Shown: piece by piece, positions 30,821 to 47,750 of the stretch
How positions within the stretch are numbered: position 1 is the stretch's first letter
Layout of the letters: each line of letters opens with the position of its first letter
From: the human T2T-CHM13v2.0 reference genome, Homo sapiens
NCBI RefSeq assembly: GCF_009914755.1
Contig: NC_060939.1
Length of the DNA: 64,000 nucleotides
Strand: one strand, 5' to 3'
The notes under the pieces: generated by a model
Database searches by the model: none
The model's input: only the letters and a program-made list of their open reading frames with translations
What the model was told of the DNA's origin: nothing
Position numbers and translations under genes: made by a program

Positions 30821-32689
30821 GCAATTATGGATAGAGAGATAGAGCCCCTTGCTATTGATGTGAAAGCAGTGAACAACCAGGAGGAGTACTTTCTCATATT
30901 ATCCATGTGGAATGTGGCATGGCATAGGGCCAGAAGAGGACATGGGGATGATGTAAACTCAAGACAATGACAGAACAAGATGCAACCAGCATGTGAGAGA
31001 ATTCTCCTTCCACATACAGCTGAGAGCCTCAGTGGGGGCAAAAGTGGATGTGAACATCAGAACCCACTATGTTGTAGAGCATTTGCATTACAGCACATAT
31101 ATATATAAATAGGATTAATCATTCTGGAAGCTGCATGGGGCACATTTTAAAAGATGAATTTAATTCTCAGTAATATGAAGTGCTTGGATAAGAGCAGCCT
31201 GATAGATAAAAAGACCAAATGGAGTAATTCTTTCTGCTGCCTTTAAAATTCTGACAAAGTTCTGTCTCAGTAGTTCTAAACAAGATAGCCTCTGCTCAGT
31301 GACCAGAGCCCGTTATGTAGACTGGCATGCTGGCAAGGCCCTGGTCTGAGAGTAAAGATCCCATGATACAGCAACAAGGAGCATCCCTGAATGTTCTCTC
31401 TCCGGGATGTTCTTGTCTTACCAAAAGACCAGCCCCTGAAATACTACAAGGCTCTGGAAAGTCATTCTGCTGGCAGTTGGCATGTGTGGACAGTGACCAC
31501 CAAGAAGGAAAAGACTACCCTTTTCACACATGGCAAAGCATGCCCTCTCCCTCCTATTTGTAGGAATTTTTGGTTATCTATGGAGTCCCATGTTGCCTAA
31601 GTCCTCCTGGAGGTGCTAAACACACAGTGGAAGTACAAAAACCCACACTCCCTACTCTAAGCCAAAGAGCTCTGCGTTTAGTCTTTTTATACAATAGCCT
31701 GGTCTCACTTAAGCACCGCGTTTTACAGATGGAGAACTGGGGGTGGAGAAACTGTGGCCTATCCAGGGTCCCATTGAGCGTCAGTGCTGTACTTGGGCAG
31801 AAGCAGCCCCGGTTCCATGGAGATTCCTTCTTCAGGTCTCTTCCATCAGCACTGCCTCCTTCCTGTGGGTAAGGCCTCCTTCCCCTGCCCCCCAAAACTC
31901 AACCCAGATCCTTCCCAGTGGTTGCTTTCACATCTAAAAATAAAAGAAGAGTGGCAAAGAGGCTAATCCTCCAGAAAAGGTGTGTCCATGTTGCTAAGAT
32001 GAGTATACCTCAAGTCAGTTCCTTGCAACAATGGGGATTTCTGAGAGAGAGCAGCTGGTCAGGCAAAGTGGGGAGCTGTGCCCACTGAATCTAATGAAAC
32101 AGCTGCTGAAGTTAGATATACGGTATCCGAACACTTAGAAGGGTTTAATCCTCTCTCCTGCAGCCTTTTCTCTTGGTATTTCCTGAGGACCGAATGGGGC
32201 CTGCAGCAACTAGCTTTGGGTCTGACTAAGCGTTTTTGTTTTTTTTTTTAACTGGAGAGGAGCAAGCTGCAACGAGGGCCTCATTCCTGGTTGGGTGCAA
32301 GACCCGGGAAGAGGCAGAGCAAGGCTGAGAGCTGGGGTTCTTGGCCTGGGGCCTGGGTGTCCTTCAAAGAGGGGAGACCTAAAGGCATGTGGCTATACAT
32401 TTACAAATGCATGAACACAGCTGCAAGATACTGATGGGCTTCAGAAACAAGAACAAATCCAGAATTCTCCCTCATAGCTAAAGGCAAAAAAAGTTTTCCT
32501 CCAGGAATAGGTTCTTCTTCAATTGTGAAACATTGGATATAGGAAGAGAAGATCGCCACATGCTGGAGCATAGAGTGTTACAAAACCTTTTCTTCTGAAA
32601 CTTGACTTTTCATGCAAGTGCATGGAAGTTTACAGAGTGTTATGATGAGATATCTGTTAAACCAGTAAGACCCCAAAATAAAAATGCCT

Positions 32690-32912
32690 CTATGGTGATA
32701 GAGACCAGAACAGTGAGAACCTTTGCGGGTAGGCTGTCCACCGTGAAGGGAGGGGAATAAGGGAGTCTCTGGAGTGCTGGGAGTGTCCTAAACCTTGGTC
32801 TGGGTGGTGGCTTCTTGGGTATGTGCATGTGTAAAAATTAAAAAGTCATCAGGGGGCACACTTGAGATTTGTGCATTTTACTCTATGTAAGTTATGCCTC
32901 AATAAAAAAAGA
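32690..32912 (+). mobile_element. L1ME/MD-type 3' end
   Basis: cacttgagatttgtgcattttactctatgtaagttatgcctcaataaaa. Confidence 0.75.
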
Positions 32913-35260
32913 AAAATAAAAATTTTAAATGCTGTTTTCATTGCTTTGCTATGCCAGCAGTTTGGGTAGGCGCTTTTATTTCCAAAAGCTAAATCATGTA
33001 TAACTTATGTAATATTTCAAGCCATCTCTGGAGTTCTCTCCTATAATACCTTTTGTGCCCAAGCTCTTATCTTATAAAATGTGACTGACTTTTAAGGGTC
33101 AAAGATGATTTTTCTCCATCTGTCATTCTTGTCCATGGCAAATGTGGACATGTCATTCGGAATGTAGCATGGAGGCCCTGATGAAATTGGAAAAGCATGT
33201 GGAGATAAAATTCACTCTGGGATGAATCCAGACACTTCCTGCCACTGGCCAGATGTCACAGAGCTGGAAGCCACCCTCCCAGGGGAAGCGATTCAACCAG
33301 CCTAAGCCAGATGTGTAGGAAGCTGCCTCGGACCCACATGCTAACACTATCCCAATTGTGTAGAGCATATGCTTTCAGTCAAGAGTGAAGAATGCGGGAA
33401 GGGGTACATGCCAGGAGTCTTTCAAGCATGGCCCACCAGTCAGCCTACAGCACGATGCACCGATGCGTCCAGTCAGCAGATGTGTGTCACCATGACGCAG
33501 GCTGAGGCTGGTTAAACAGTAACAGAGCTCAGTGACCTAATGCTCACACTCAGCCCTTCCTGAGAACCTCGCGCCACAGTTGTCATGCTGTGGGATGTGT
33601 CAGCTTGATTCTGAGGCTGCCTGGAACATCTGTGCTTAAACTACATGGAGTGGCAGAAACGCCCCTTCCTGTACCCAGCAGTGTGTCAAGAGACCTCAGT
33701 GAGCTGCCAGGGAACATGGGTGCAGTGCCTTTTTGCTCCGTGTTATTTTGAATAATCGCAAATGCAACTGCATGGCAGGCTGTTTGGGAAAAACTGTTTA
33801 GTGACTGAGTTTTGTGTCCTGGTGTGGCTTTCCAGGAGCCCATGCTGCCTGCAAGGATACCCCTCTGTGCCCCTTGGTAAGCCTCCAAGGCCTCCACCTG
33901 CCCCTCCCCTTTATAGAAAGATCTGAGTGTAGAATTTGTCCCAATGTTCTAAACTGACTGAGACAGACTTTACAAGAATCCTACCTGCTCTGATTACAAA
34001 GAAGGAAATGTGTATGCCTACTTGCTCACAAGTGCATGTGCACACACACACACTTCTGTGTGTTTGAGAGGAAGCAGGCAACCACACATAATGTCGTTCA
34101 GAGAAAGACACATGGATGAAGAGACAAGGACAGAGACATCCCAGGGCAGCCTATACATACACACAACCCCTTGGTTGGCCAATAGCAGCAAATATTGTAC
34201 TGAGGCAGAAGTCATGGTACGTAGTTTTCATGGGCAAATATGGTTGGGCAGATGTGGAAACATTTCTTAGCATTTGTTCACACCAATTGCTCAGAAACCA
34301 GGCCATGGAGGGCTCTACTCCACAGTGCTTTCATCTGCAGACCTCCCAGCCTCTGCAGAATTCACTGATACTGCATGAGGACACCATCGATAGACTTGTT
34401 AGGCTGCCATTTTTGGCAAAGACACACACACATGTTCTCCTCCTACCTAGACGCTGGGAAAGTCAAATCTACTTCAGTCATCACTTCACCTCATCAAAAA
34501 CTATGGCCTTCCTGTCTACCCAGAGATCTTCCTTTATAGAAATCACAGCTCTGCTTGCTTAAAAGCTGATCCTTAGAGCTGCAAGCACCAGAGAAACTGT
34601 CATGCATAATGTATCTCTTTCCTTTAGGTCATCAGCAGTACACTGTGTGCACTGACCTGTCTGCCAGTCACCATTTCAGTACCAAGCACTAAAAACAGTC
34701 CCCAAAAAGTTGTCTAAACCTCATATTTTTGGGGTGGATTCCCCTCCCTTCACAGAGAAAATTCACAGGGTAAAGCAATGGTCATGATAATACATACCTG
34801 TGGCTCATCACCAGTCATTTACTTGGCTTTAGAATTTGTTTTTGTGCTTACACTGGAATATGAGTCTGCCTAAGGCTGTGGGAATTCACAGCTCTTTAGA
34901 TAAACTAAATGATCTTCCCTTTAAAGACCTGACTCAGGCAGAACCAAAGGTGGTTTAGTCTCCTGTTCTGCCTCCCCACTCAAAACCAGGCTTTGCACGC
35001 TGGATTCAGACACGTTGGAGCTAGAGGCAAGATGCCAGCCTAGGAGGAGCTTCCCTGATCACCTAGGTGCAATGGACTGAATAAATCCTTTTAGAGTTTC
35101 AGCTAATCTGCAAAGTGAGGAGCTTATAGTTAACCTTTTCTCATGCTCCCCACCCCCATCCCATGGGTCCCTATCTACAAGTTTCTGTTTCCTCACTGTC
35201 ATCATCCCAAGACTCCTTTTCATGCTGTTAATACCCATAGGACTTCACTTAATTTTCACA

Positions 35261-35638
35261 TGTGATGGTTAAATTTTATGTATCAACATGGCTAGGCTAT
35301 GGTGCCCACTTCTTTGGTCAAACACTAGCGTAGATATGCTTCACATCTACAATTAGTTGAGTTAAGTAGAGGAGATTGCCTTCAATAATCTGGGTACCCT
35401 CATTCAATCAGTTGAAAGCCTTAAGAGTAAAGACAGATTTCCCAGAGATGAAGGAGTTCTGCCTCAACACTAACACAGAAATCTTACTGTAGTTGCCAGC
35501 CTGCCAGCCTGCCCTACAGATTTCAGACTTGCCAGCCCCCACAATCACGTGAGACGATTCTTTAAATCTCTTAATGTACCCGCACACTCCCAACACACTA
35601 TTGGTTCTGTTTCTCTGGAGAACCCTGACTATTAGAAC
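35261..35638 (+). mobile_element. MLT2 (C/D-like) ERV-L solo LTR
   Basis: tgtgatggttaaattttatgtatcaac start; ggttctgtttctctggagaaccctgact end. Confidence 0.9.
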
Positions 35639-35768
35639 ACAGTTCCCATTCCTATTTCCTCAACTTGTCTATTTCCTCCATCTCCACTGCCAGGTCTTCT
35701 TTTTGTTGTCCTCCCTAGACAATATACACAGCCCCTCTTCCCCCTCTCTGTATGCATATGCATTTTAA

Positions 35769-36129
<361 letters not shown>

Positions 36130-36999
36130 TAGGAAACTTTCTTCTTTCAGCTCAACCTCACCGCCTGGCTGGAGGCCTCACTCACTCACCATGAGTGGCC
36201 TCTCAGAGATCAGCTTCCATCTGGACTGCAGTGAGGGAGGCCCATGTCTCCACATTCCAGGGAGTACAAATGGAGATGTCCAGGCTCTGGAAGCCTGAAC
36301 CCTGAAGGGCATGGGATGAGGGCAGTACCCTGTCTTTCCTTGGGTGACCCAAACCATCTTTGGCTGCCATTGTGTCTAACGAGGTGATCAGAGCTCGGGG
36401 AAGGTCTCACTCACTGTCCTACTGTCTGCTTTCCCTGCACTTTGAGGTTGCTGCCTTCCTCTGACACCTTGTCTCCTAAAAAGCTCCTTAGTTAACAGCA
36501 TGGATTTTGGTGGGGGGCACTGAAAGCTCCAAAAGGGGAGCCTACTATTTTACATATGTATTTATTTTATAGTTGTACCCTGGTTATTTTGTTTATTTGG
36601 TGGAAACTGGTTAGATGGTTTGTTGTCTTCAGGGAAAAGGGCTAGAGAGGTAAATATAAGGTAGGAAACTATGGAGGAATGCCAGTACCTGAGAAAAAAT
36701 ATCACCACTAGTATGTTAGTACCCCAAGAGCAGGTTTTTGTCTGTTTTGCTTCCCTGGCACCAAAGATAGTGCCCAGTACTCACAGAAAGTCAAAAAATG
36801 TTCACTTAATGAATGAGATGAATCATTTTGTTAAAACACCCTGCCTGTCTCCAGAAATCCTGAGATGTTGTTTTCTTAAAAGCAACAGACAAACAAGCCA
36901 AAAAAAATAAAAAATAAAATCCCTTGGAGTATTAACTCTTGATTTTCTGAGAAAATGGCAAAGAAGGGCCATTTGGGTTTATTTGTGCATTCAACATAC

Positions 37000-37280
37000 A
37001 TTTCTTACACTCCAGTCATGGCCAAGCACTGGGCCCAGAATCTCTGGGACTTAAGCTGATGAAAGAATGCAGCTCCAACCTCGCGGAGCTCCCATCCAAT
37101 GGCAGACAGACGAGGGCCCTGATAATTACGACACAATGTGATGAGTGTTCTCAAGTCCTGGAGAGGGTCTCCAGGAGCCAGGGAGGGAGTGACTAACTTC
37201 TGACTGCCTGGGGGCCTGAGAGAAGGCTGGGACTTGAAGCCATAACAGGAGTTCACATGCCTGACAAGGGGCAGGGTGAG
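37000..37280 (-). mobile_element. L2 fragment
   Basis: ccaagcactgggcccag..., gagctcccatccaatgg, ggagggagtgactaact. Confidence 0.5.
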
Positions 37281-38473
37281 GGAAAGAGTCCAAATTCTAC
37301 CTTGGACCATGGTTCCATCAGATTACACACTTACCAGAGTTGCTGATGGGGAGCCAGATGGACAAGCAAATATTGGCTCTCCTTTCCTTTTTCTCCTCTA
37401 TTCCTGGGAGAGATGCTAATGAACAACAGTGGCCAAGTGGCAGGTGAGAGTAAGGAAGAAACTGGATCATGGGCCAACTGGATAGCCATCCCCTCTGAAT
37501 CATGTGGCCATGGCTGTACTTGAAGTCACCAATGTGGAGCCAGGCCGATAATCCCATGGCTACCCCATAAGGGTGGGCCCTTGGAGGAAGAGGTCCCATC
37601 TGTGACATTTACTTGGTTTACCACCTTGCAGAGAGCCAGCCACTGGGGGCTGCTTAATCAGGACAACTTGATAACATGATAGACAGGGATTCTTAAGACA
37701 AAAGGTAGCTGCTCTGAAGAGAGTGGGTGCTGCTAAAAACCTGTTGCCTCTTAATTGCTGTGGAGTGGAATATGCCAAGGTATCTTAATTCAAATCTTAC
37801 CTCACCGTCCTGGGGACCTTTTGTTGCTGTAAGTAAGGATGGTCGTCGGTTCCAAGAAGAAAATTAAAGGCTGCTCCCGAGATGAGCACAGTCATTTGGA
37901 TGAAAGAAAACACATGGTTGCATTTAGAGATCAGATCTCAACAAGACAGGGCACCACCTCCTGCCCAGAGAGGAACAGGCCACAGGATGCAAAACTGGAA
38001 TTTATATGAGAATACTTTGCCCTTATTATAGCACCTCTAGCAGAGAATCTTGACACACGTTTCAGGCACTAATTAGTTCTTGCATCTATTGCCATGGGTG
38101 CACATTGTATTAATATGTGCCCATTTTCCTGATGGAAGAACTGACAAGGAGGAGATGGGCAGAAAAGATGTTTTTAGAGGAAATGATGCCATGTCTGCTT
38201 CAGTATGTTCATCCAGGGAGAACTGTGCCTTATTTCTTTTGCCTGAGGGCATTGTTTGCTGCTGAGCTCAGAGTCTCTGTCCTCCAGGGTTTGGCTTCAT
38301 AATCTGCCCCTGAATTTGGAATAAAAATGGCAAAGCCCTACATAGGAAGCTAAATGTTTACTGGATCACTGCTTCTGAATAGTAGTGCAGCCATTAAGGG
38401 CATCATCTGTGAAGCCAGCCTTCCTGGGTTTACACTCACGCTGTGGCACTTACAGCTGTGTGGCCTTGGGGAG

Positions 38474-38570
38474 TTTCCCTCCTTCCCTCCCTCCCTCCCT
38501 CCCTCCCTCCCTCCCTCCCTTCCTTCCTTCCTCTCTCTCTCTCTCTCTCTTTCTTTCTTTTCTTCTTTCT
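38474..38570. repeat. Compound polypyrimidine microsatellite (TCCC)n(TTCC)n(TC)n(TTTC)n
   Basis: About 95 nt of uninterrupted pyrimidines. Confidence 0.95.
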
Positions 38571-38626
38571 ATATTTTATTTAAGATTTTTTTGGAAGGAA
38601 GGGAATGAGGTTTTTACAAATTTTTT

Positions 38627-39618
<992 letters not shown>

Positions 39619-39659
39619 TTAGACAATTTGATCAGTATAAAATATTAAAGAAGAAAGCA

Positions 39660-40002
<343 letters not shown>

Positions 40003-40707
40003 TCACTGTATTACTATATTTTGGTGAATATCCTTTTGATGGTGTGCACATGAGTGTGCGTGTTTGTAACTTGAATTTTTAAAATTTGAGAATATATTCT
40101 AGTCATCTTTTTATGTCAATGGATTTAAGAATATATTATATCATTTTTGATGTAATATTTGAATATACCACAATTTATTTAACCATTCCCCTGTTAGTGA
40201 ATATTTAGGGTATAAAAATATTTTACAATGTGGTTATGAAACGTTCTTTTATATCTATATTTGCCAACTTATTCAACTATTTCTTCATGATAAATTCCTA
40301 GAAATGAAGTTACAGAAAATGTTTCATTTGGTGGATGGATATACACACACATATGTACATAACTGTGTGTATATACATACATTCACACATACACTCATAC
40401 ATACATGTGTACATGTACATATATAGTCATAAAATATATTTTAAACTTACATATAGCCATTACTTCTTGAGAAGGGACTTGTATTGGGGATGTAGTCAAA
40501 GAGGAATTTGACTAAATCTGTAATGTTTTATTTTTTTTCACAGGGAGAAAATATATGTGTAACTTAAAATTAGTTAAAATTAAAGATAACAATAACAAAA
40601 GAGTACAAAATAAGTAGTTATCAACTGACAGTCACATATCATATCAACTGACAGTACATATAATTGGACATAAAACTTTTTGCTTTCTTTGCTGAAAAAA
40701 AGGTAAC

Positions 40708-41164
40708 TGTCAGGCCTCTGAGCCCAAGCTAAGCCATCATATCCCCTGTGACCTGCCCGTATACATCCAGATGGCCTGAAGCAACTGAAGATCCACAAAA
40801 GAAGTGAAAATAGCCTTAACTGATGACATGCCACCATTGTGATTTGTTCCTGCCCCACCCTAGCTGATACGATATATTCTCCCCAGCCCTTAAGAAGGTA
40901 CTTTGTAATATTCTCCCCCACCCTTAAGAAGGTACTTTGTAATATTCTCCCCCACCCTTAAGAAGGCACTTTGTAATATTCTTCCTGCCCTTGAGAATGT
41001 ACTTTGTACGCCTATCCCAAACCTATAAGAACTAATGATAATCCCACCACCCTTTGCTGACTCCTTTTTCGGACTTAGCCCGCCTGCACCCAGGTGAAAT
41101 AAACAGCCTTGTTGCTCACACAAAGCCTGTTTGGTGGACTCTCTTCACACGGACATGCGTGACA
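40708..41164 (+). mobile_element. HERV-H solo LTR (LTR7 family, LTR7B/type II-like)
   Basis: tgtcaggcctctgagcccaagc start, ...gtgaca end, TG...CA termini, perfect 5-bp TSD gtaac, cctataa TATA-like box and aataaa. Confidence 0.95.
40875..41008 (+). repeat. Four tandem ~34-bp U3 repeats inside the LTR
   Basis: tattctcccccacccttaagaaggtactttgtaa units at 40875, 40909, 40943 and a diverged one at 40977. Confidence 0.95.
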
Positions 41165-41508
41165 GTAACTACTGGAAGAATAGAAATAGGATATGTCATT
41201 GTTAAACTGCCAAAAGAGAAAAAAAAAAATCAGAACACCTAAACCCTTGATTTATCCAACAAAAGTAAGGAATGGAAAAAAAGAAAAGAAATAATAAGAA
41301 AGCACAGTAAACAAAAAGTACAAGTGTATGAACAAAACAAGTCCAAATATACCACTATTTAGAATCAATATAATTTGGTTAATATTTCCATTAAAAGATA
41401 GCAACTCTCTGGGTAACAAAACAAAATGCAGTTGTATGTTGTTTACAAGGGACACACATTTTAAAAAAGTGACAGTTGCAGAATAAAGGAGTGGGAAATG
41501 TATATATT

Positions 41509-41871
<363 letters not shown>

Positions 41872-42022
41872 TTAATATGAGATGAAAATGAATTCAAAGC
41901 CTAAAGAATTAATGGTCAAAGAAGAATTTTTTTGTTTTGTTCTTGTCCATCCATGAACCTTTGTACACAGCTTCAAAATATATAAAGAAAGCACAAGTAG
42001 AAAAAAAACAACCAAGGATTTA

Positions 42023-42330
42023 GAGGTGCACTGTCCGATATAGTAGTCACTAGCCACATAGTCACTAGGTTATCGACCATTCAGATATGGCTAGTCCGAA
42101 TTGAAATGTGCTCTAAGTTGTAAAACATACATTGGATTTCGAAGACTTGGTATGAAAAAATAAAGTAAAATATCTCATTAATATTTTAAAATACTGATTA
42201 CATGTTGAAAATATCATACTTTAGATATGAGTTAAATCTATTAAAAGTAATCTTACCAGTTTATTTTTACATTTCTTAAAGTAGCTACTAGAAAATTTAA
42301 AATAACATGTGGCTTTATTGGACAGCACTG
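42023..42330. mobile_element. MER33-like hAT-Charlie MITE
   Basis: gcactgtccgata...tattggacagcactg termini; atggctagtccgaattgaaatgtgct. Confidence 0.8.
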
Positions 42331-42514
42331 AAGAGGACTTAAATTAATACAAATAAAAAACTTGGACTAATAATTATATAAAAGAAACATTTTGACTTTA
42401 TCAGAGATTTTATATTCTTTTCAGTCATGTGACATTTATAAATTCATCAATTATCTGATCATAGGAAGATCTCAAAAATGTTTAAAAACTAGCTATGCAG
42501 AGACTCTGATATCT

Positions 42515-42890
<376 letters not shown>

Positions 42891-43098
42891 TTTAAATATT
42901 ATTTATACAATGATCATATTTATAATAGTTTATTATTTTTGTCAGTTTATGACTTTATTATTATATTTATAATCTGGGTTTATAATATGACTGGTTTTCA
43001 TTCATTTACTCATTCAAATATGCTTTGAAAACAATGTGCAAATTCTTTTTTAAAAAAAATTATATGTCACAGGATGGTGTCCTATGTCATGTACCTAA

Positions 43099-43636
<538 letters not shown>

Positions 43637-44215
43637 TAATGCTGGCTGTAAGGAAAGGCCTGGAGGAAGACAGATCTGGCCTATTGGGGGAGCCAAGGGA
43701 GCTGCTTCCCTTTTTTAAGCCAAGGGAGGCAGCCGTCTGGGAAACCCTTGTCGAGTTGGCAGGATATGAGTTCTGTACACTCCTGGCTTGTTTAGGAACC
43801 AGTGAGCCTTTAATTCAGTCTGATGCAGTAGGGTCCAGGGTATGGGTGAACAGCCCTGGGGTGAGCTATTTTTTGGTGAGGGCTGTGGGTAGACAGAGGG
43901 CAAGACCCATCTTCCTGTCCCCTGGCCTGGAGTTTCAGTCCCAGCTGGGACATAAAATTGATTCTACATATGCCAATGGGCATAATAGTTTGCTACCAAG
44001 GGTAGGTGAGTTTGGGAGCCTGTGACCACTACTGAGTGGAACATCTGAGGCATGTAGCAGGATGCCGTGAGCTGGGGCGGGAAGATACAAGCCAAGAGTC
44101 TAAAAGGACCATCAATGGCTATGGGAGATACACAGGAGGGGGCTCTCCTTAGAGGGCCTATTGGAAGCACCACTGGTCAGCATCAAGCCCATGCATAGTG
44201 CATTACTGCTGGATA

Positions 44216-44265
44216 GGAGAGAATGTCTCCTTGCTGGGTCGGAGAGAATGTCTCCTTGCTGGGTC
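44216..44265. repeat. Perfect 25-bp tandem duplication
   Basis: ggagagaatgtctccttgctgggtc twice. Confidence 0.97.
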
Positions 44266-44439
44266 AAATGGGACAACAACTGTCTTTTACTTCTTCCTCC
44301 AGGCCCCAATACTGGCCTTATTCTGGTAATATTGAGGGAGAAGAAAGGATGATGGAAGCGAACACCAGAACTATAAGTAGACAAAGCCCAGGTCTAATCT
44401 TGCCTGGGGAAGAGGACGAGGACTTTGAGTTTGGTATAC

Positions 44440-44675
44440 TAATAGCAAAACTTTCATAGCACTTACTTCCTGTGCCTGGCATTCTTCTAAGCACCTTAAT
44501 CATATTGACCCTTTAACCCTGGCAGTGTTCCTATGAGGTATCTACTATCATTATCCCCATTTTATGGATGAGGAAACTGGGGCACAGAGGTTAAGTAACA
44601 TGCCCAAAGCTCTCAGCTAGTAAGTGGCAGAGCAAGGATTCCAGTCCAGGCAGCCAGCTTTCAGAATCTGTACGT
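44440..44675 (-). mobile_element. MIR
   Basis: attatccccattttatggatgaggaaactggggcacagaggttaagtaa...agctagtaagtggcagagc. Confidence 0.88.
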
Positions 44676-44863
44676 TTTCATTGAATAAGAATTAATCCAA
44701 AGGATTGAAATAAGGCTACTTAAAACAACAACAACAACAATAAAAATGAGAAAACAAAAAATGGCCAAGAAGTTATAGAACCAGAATGAAATATCATTAA
44801 GGGTGCTACTATCTAACAGGAAAGGGGTTTGATGGAACATAATCAGTGGCAGGTTTTAGATAC

Positions 44864-45226
44864 TGATATGTGCTTTGGCTGTGTCCCCACCCAAATATCG
44901 AACTGTAGCTCCCATAATTCTCACGTGTCATGGGAGGGACTTGGTGGGAGGTAATTGAATCATGAGGGTGGGTCTTTCCCTGCTATTCCTGTGATACTGT
45001 ATAAGCCTCATGAGATCTGATGGCTTTATAAAGGGGAGTTCCCCTGCACATACTCTCTCTTGCTTGCCTGCTGCCATTCAAGACGTGACTTTGCTCCTCT
45101 GCCTTCCATCATGATTGTGAGGCCTCCCCAGCCATGTGGAACTGTGAGTCAATTAAACCTCTTTCCTTTATAAATTACCTAGTCTCAGGTATGTCTTTAT
45201 TAGCAGTGTGAGAACAGACTAATACA
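44864..45226 (+). mobile_element. THE1 (B/C-like) MaLR solo LTR
   Basis: tgatatg...tggctgtgtccccacccaaat start, gaacagactaataca end; TSD gatac/gataa. Confidence 0.93.
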
Positions 45227-45284
45227 GATAAAACAATATTCACCTTCAATGAGTTGAGACTCCTTGGTGAGCCACTTTCTTTTC

Positions 45285-45674
45285 TTTTATTATTATTATT
45301 ATTATACTTTAAGTTCTAGGGTACATGTGCACAACCTGCAGGTTTGTTACATATGTATCCATGTGCCATGTTGGTGTGCTGCACCCATTAACTCGTCATT
45401 TACATTAGGTATTATCTCCTAATGCTATCCCTCCCCCCTCCCCCCACCCCACGACAGACCCTGGTGTGTGATGGTCCCCTTCCTGTGTCCAAGTGTTCTC
45501 ATTGTTCAGTTCCCACCTATGAGTGAGAACATGTGGTGTTTGGTTTTCTGTCCTTGTGATAGTTTCCTGAGAATGATGGTTTCCAGCTTCATCCATGTCC
45601 CTACAAAGGACATGAACTCATCCTTTTTTATGGCTGCATAGTATTCCATGGTGTATATGTGCCACATTTTCTTA
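45285..45674 (-). mobile_element. L1PA (about PA4-6) 3' end
   Basis: (TTA)n tail, tactttaagttctagggtacatgtgcac...gtgccacattttctta. Confidence 0.92.
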
Positions 45675-45689
45675 GCCTTCTCTGTTTCT

Positions 45690-45850
45690 TCCTATGAGCT
45701 GTGAGGTAAGCACTGTTATTATTTGCATTTTACAGACAAGGAAACTGAGTTTTAGAGAGTTTAGATGATGTGTCCAAGGTCACCCACCTACAAGTGGTGA
45801 AGTTGGGTGTTTGAAGCAAGTTCTTTTGACCTTAGAACCTAAGCTTTGAA
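45690..45850 (-). mobile_element. MIR
   Basis: cattttacagacaaggaaactgag...ccaaggtcac. Confidence 0.75.
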
Positions 45851-46164
45851 TCTCTTCCTCATGGAGGATGTCAATATGAAGCTCACATACATGTTACCAT
45901 TTTTGGTCTAGTTGGCCTATGGAAGAAGACACTGTGTAGAGCTATGATATGAGGAAGAAAGGTAAGAAGATTGTTGAAACAGAGGTGCATGTGACATTTT
46001 GAGTGGGTGGAGGATAGATAGATTCAAAGTTACAACTCCTCAAAATAATTAAAAAGGACAGGACTAAGGACATTACTACACATTGCAAAACAGTAATGGT
46101 GGTGACACCATTTTGAGCCTTTACATAGCACTAGATTCGAAGGAAGCTTAGTTAACCTAAGCTT

Positions 46165-46320
46165 CATGGTAACCTTAGGAGAGAGGTGATATCTACTCCA
46201 TTTTGTGGATGAAAACCCAAGGCTCAGAGATGTTAATTGACTTGCCCAAGGATGCACAGCTCATAAAGAGATAAGTGCAGATTAAAATCAGGTTTGGCTG
46301 GTTCTAAGCCTAAACCTTTC
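46165..46320 (-). mobile_element. MIR
   Basis: ccattttgtggatgaaaacccaaggctcagagatgttaattgacttgcccaagg. Confidence 0.75.
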
Positions 46321-46449
46321 CTCCAACATATGGCTATTTTCAGAGCACCACTGTCGTCTTCCCTCATTTGATTCTCATGGGGATCTGAAGCAGAGGAGGG
46401 ACTGTTATTCCCACTCTACACAGGGCATAGCACTGCAAAGGCTGTGCCC

Positions 46450-47750
<1,301 letters not shown>

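Noticed and set aside
30532-31041. 169-aa minus-strand ORF
   Set aside because: Non-ATG start and no recognisable domain; the + strand degraded frame is the more informative signal.
32845-32862. CTCF-like catcagggggcac
   Set aside because: Two mismatches to the core and located in an old L1 fragment; unsupported without ChIP data.
34116-34562. 148-aa ORF
   Set aside because: No domain similarity or supporting gene structure.
40875-41008. Regularly spaced ~34-bp repeats as a CRISPR-like array
   Set aside because: Head-to-tail units with no spacers, inside a HERV-H LTR in primate DNA.
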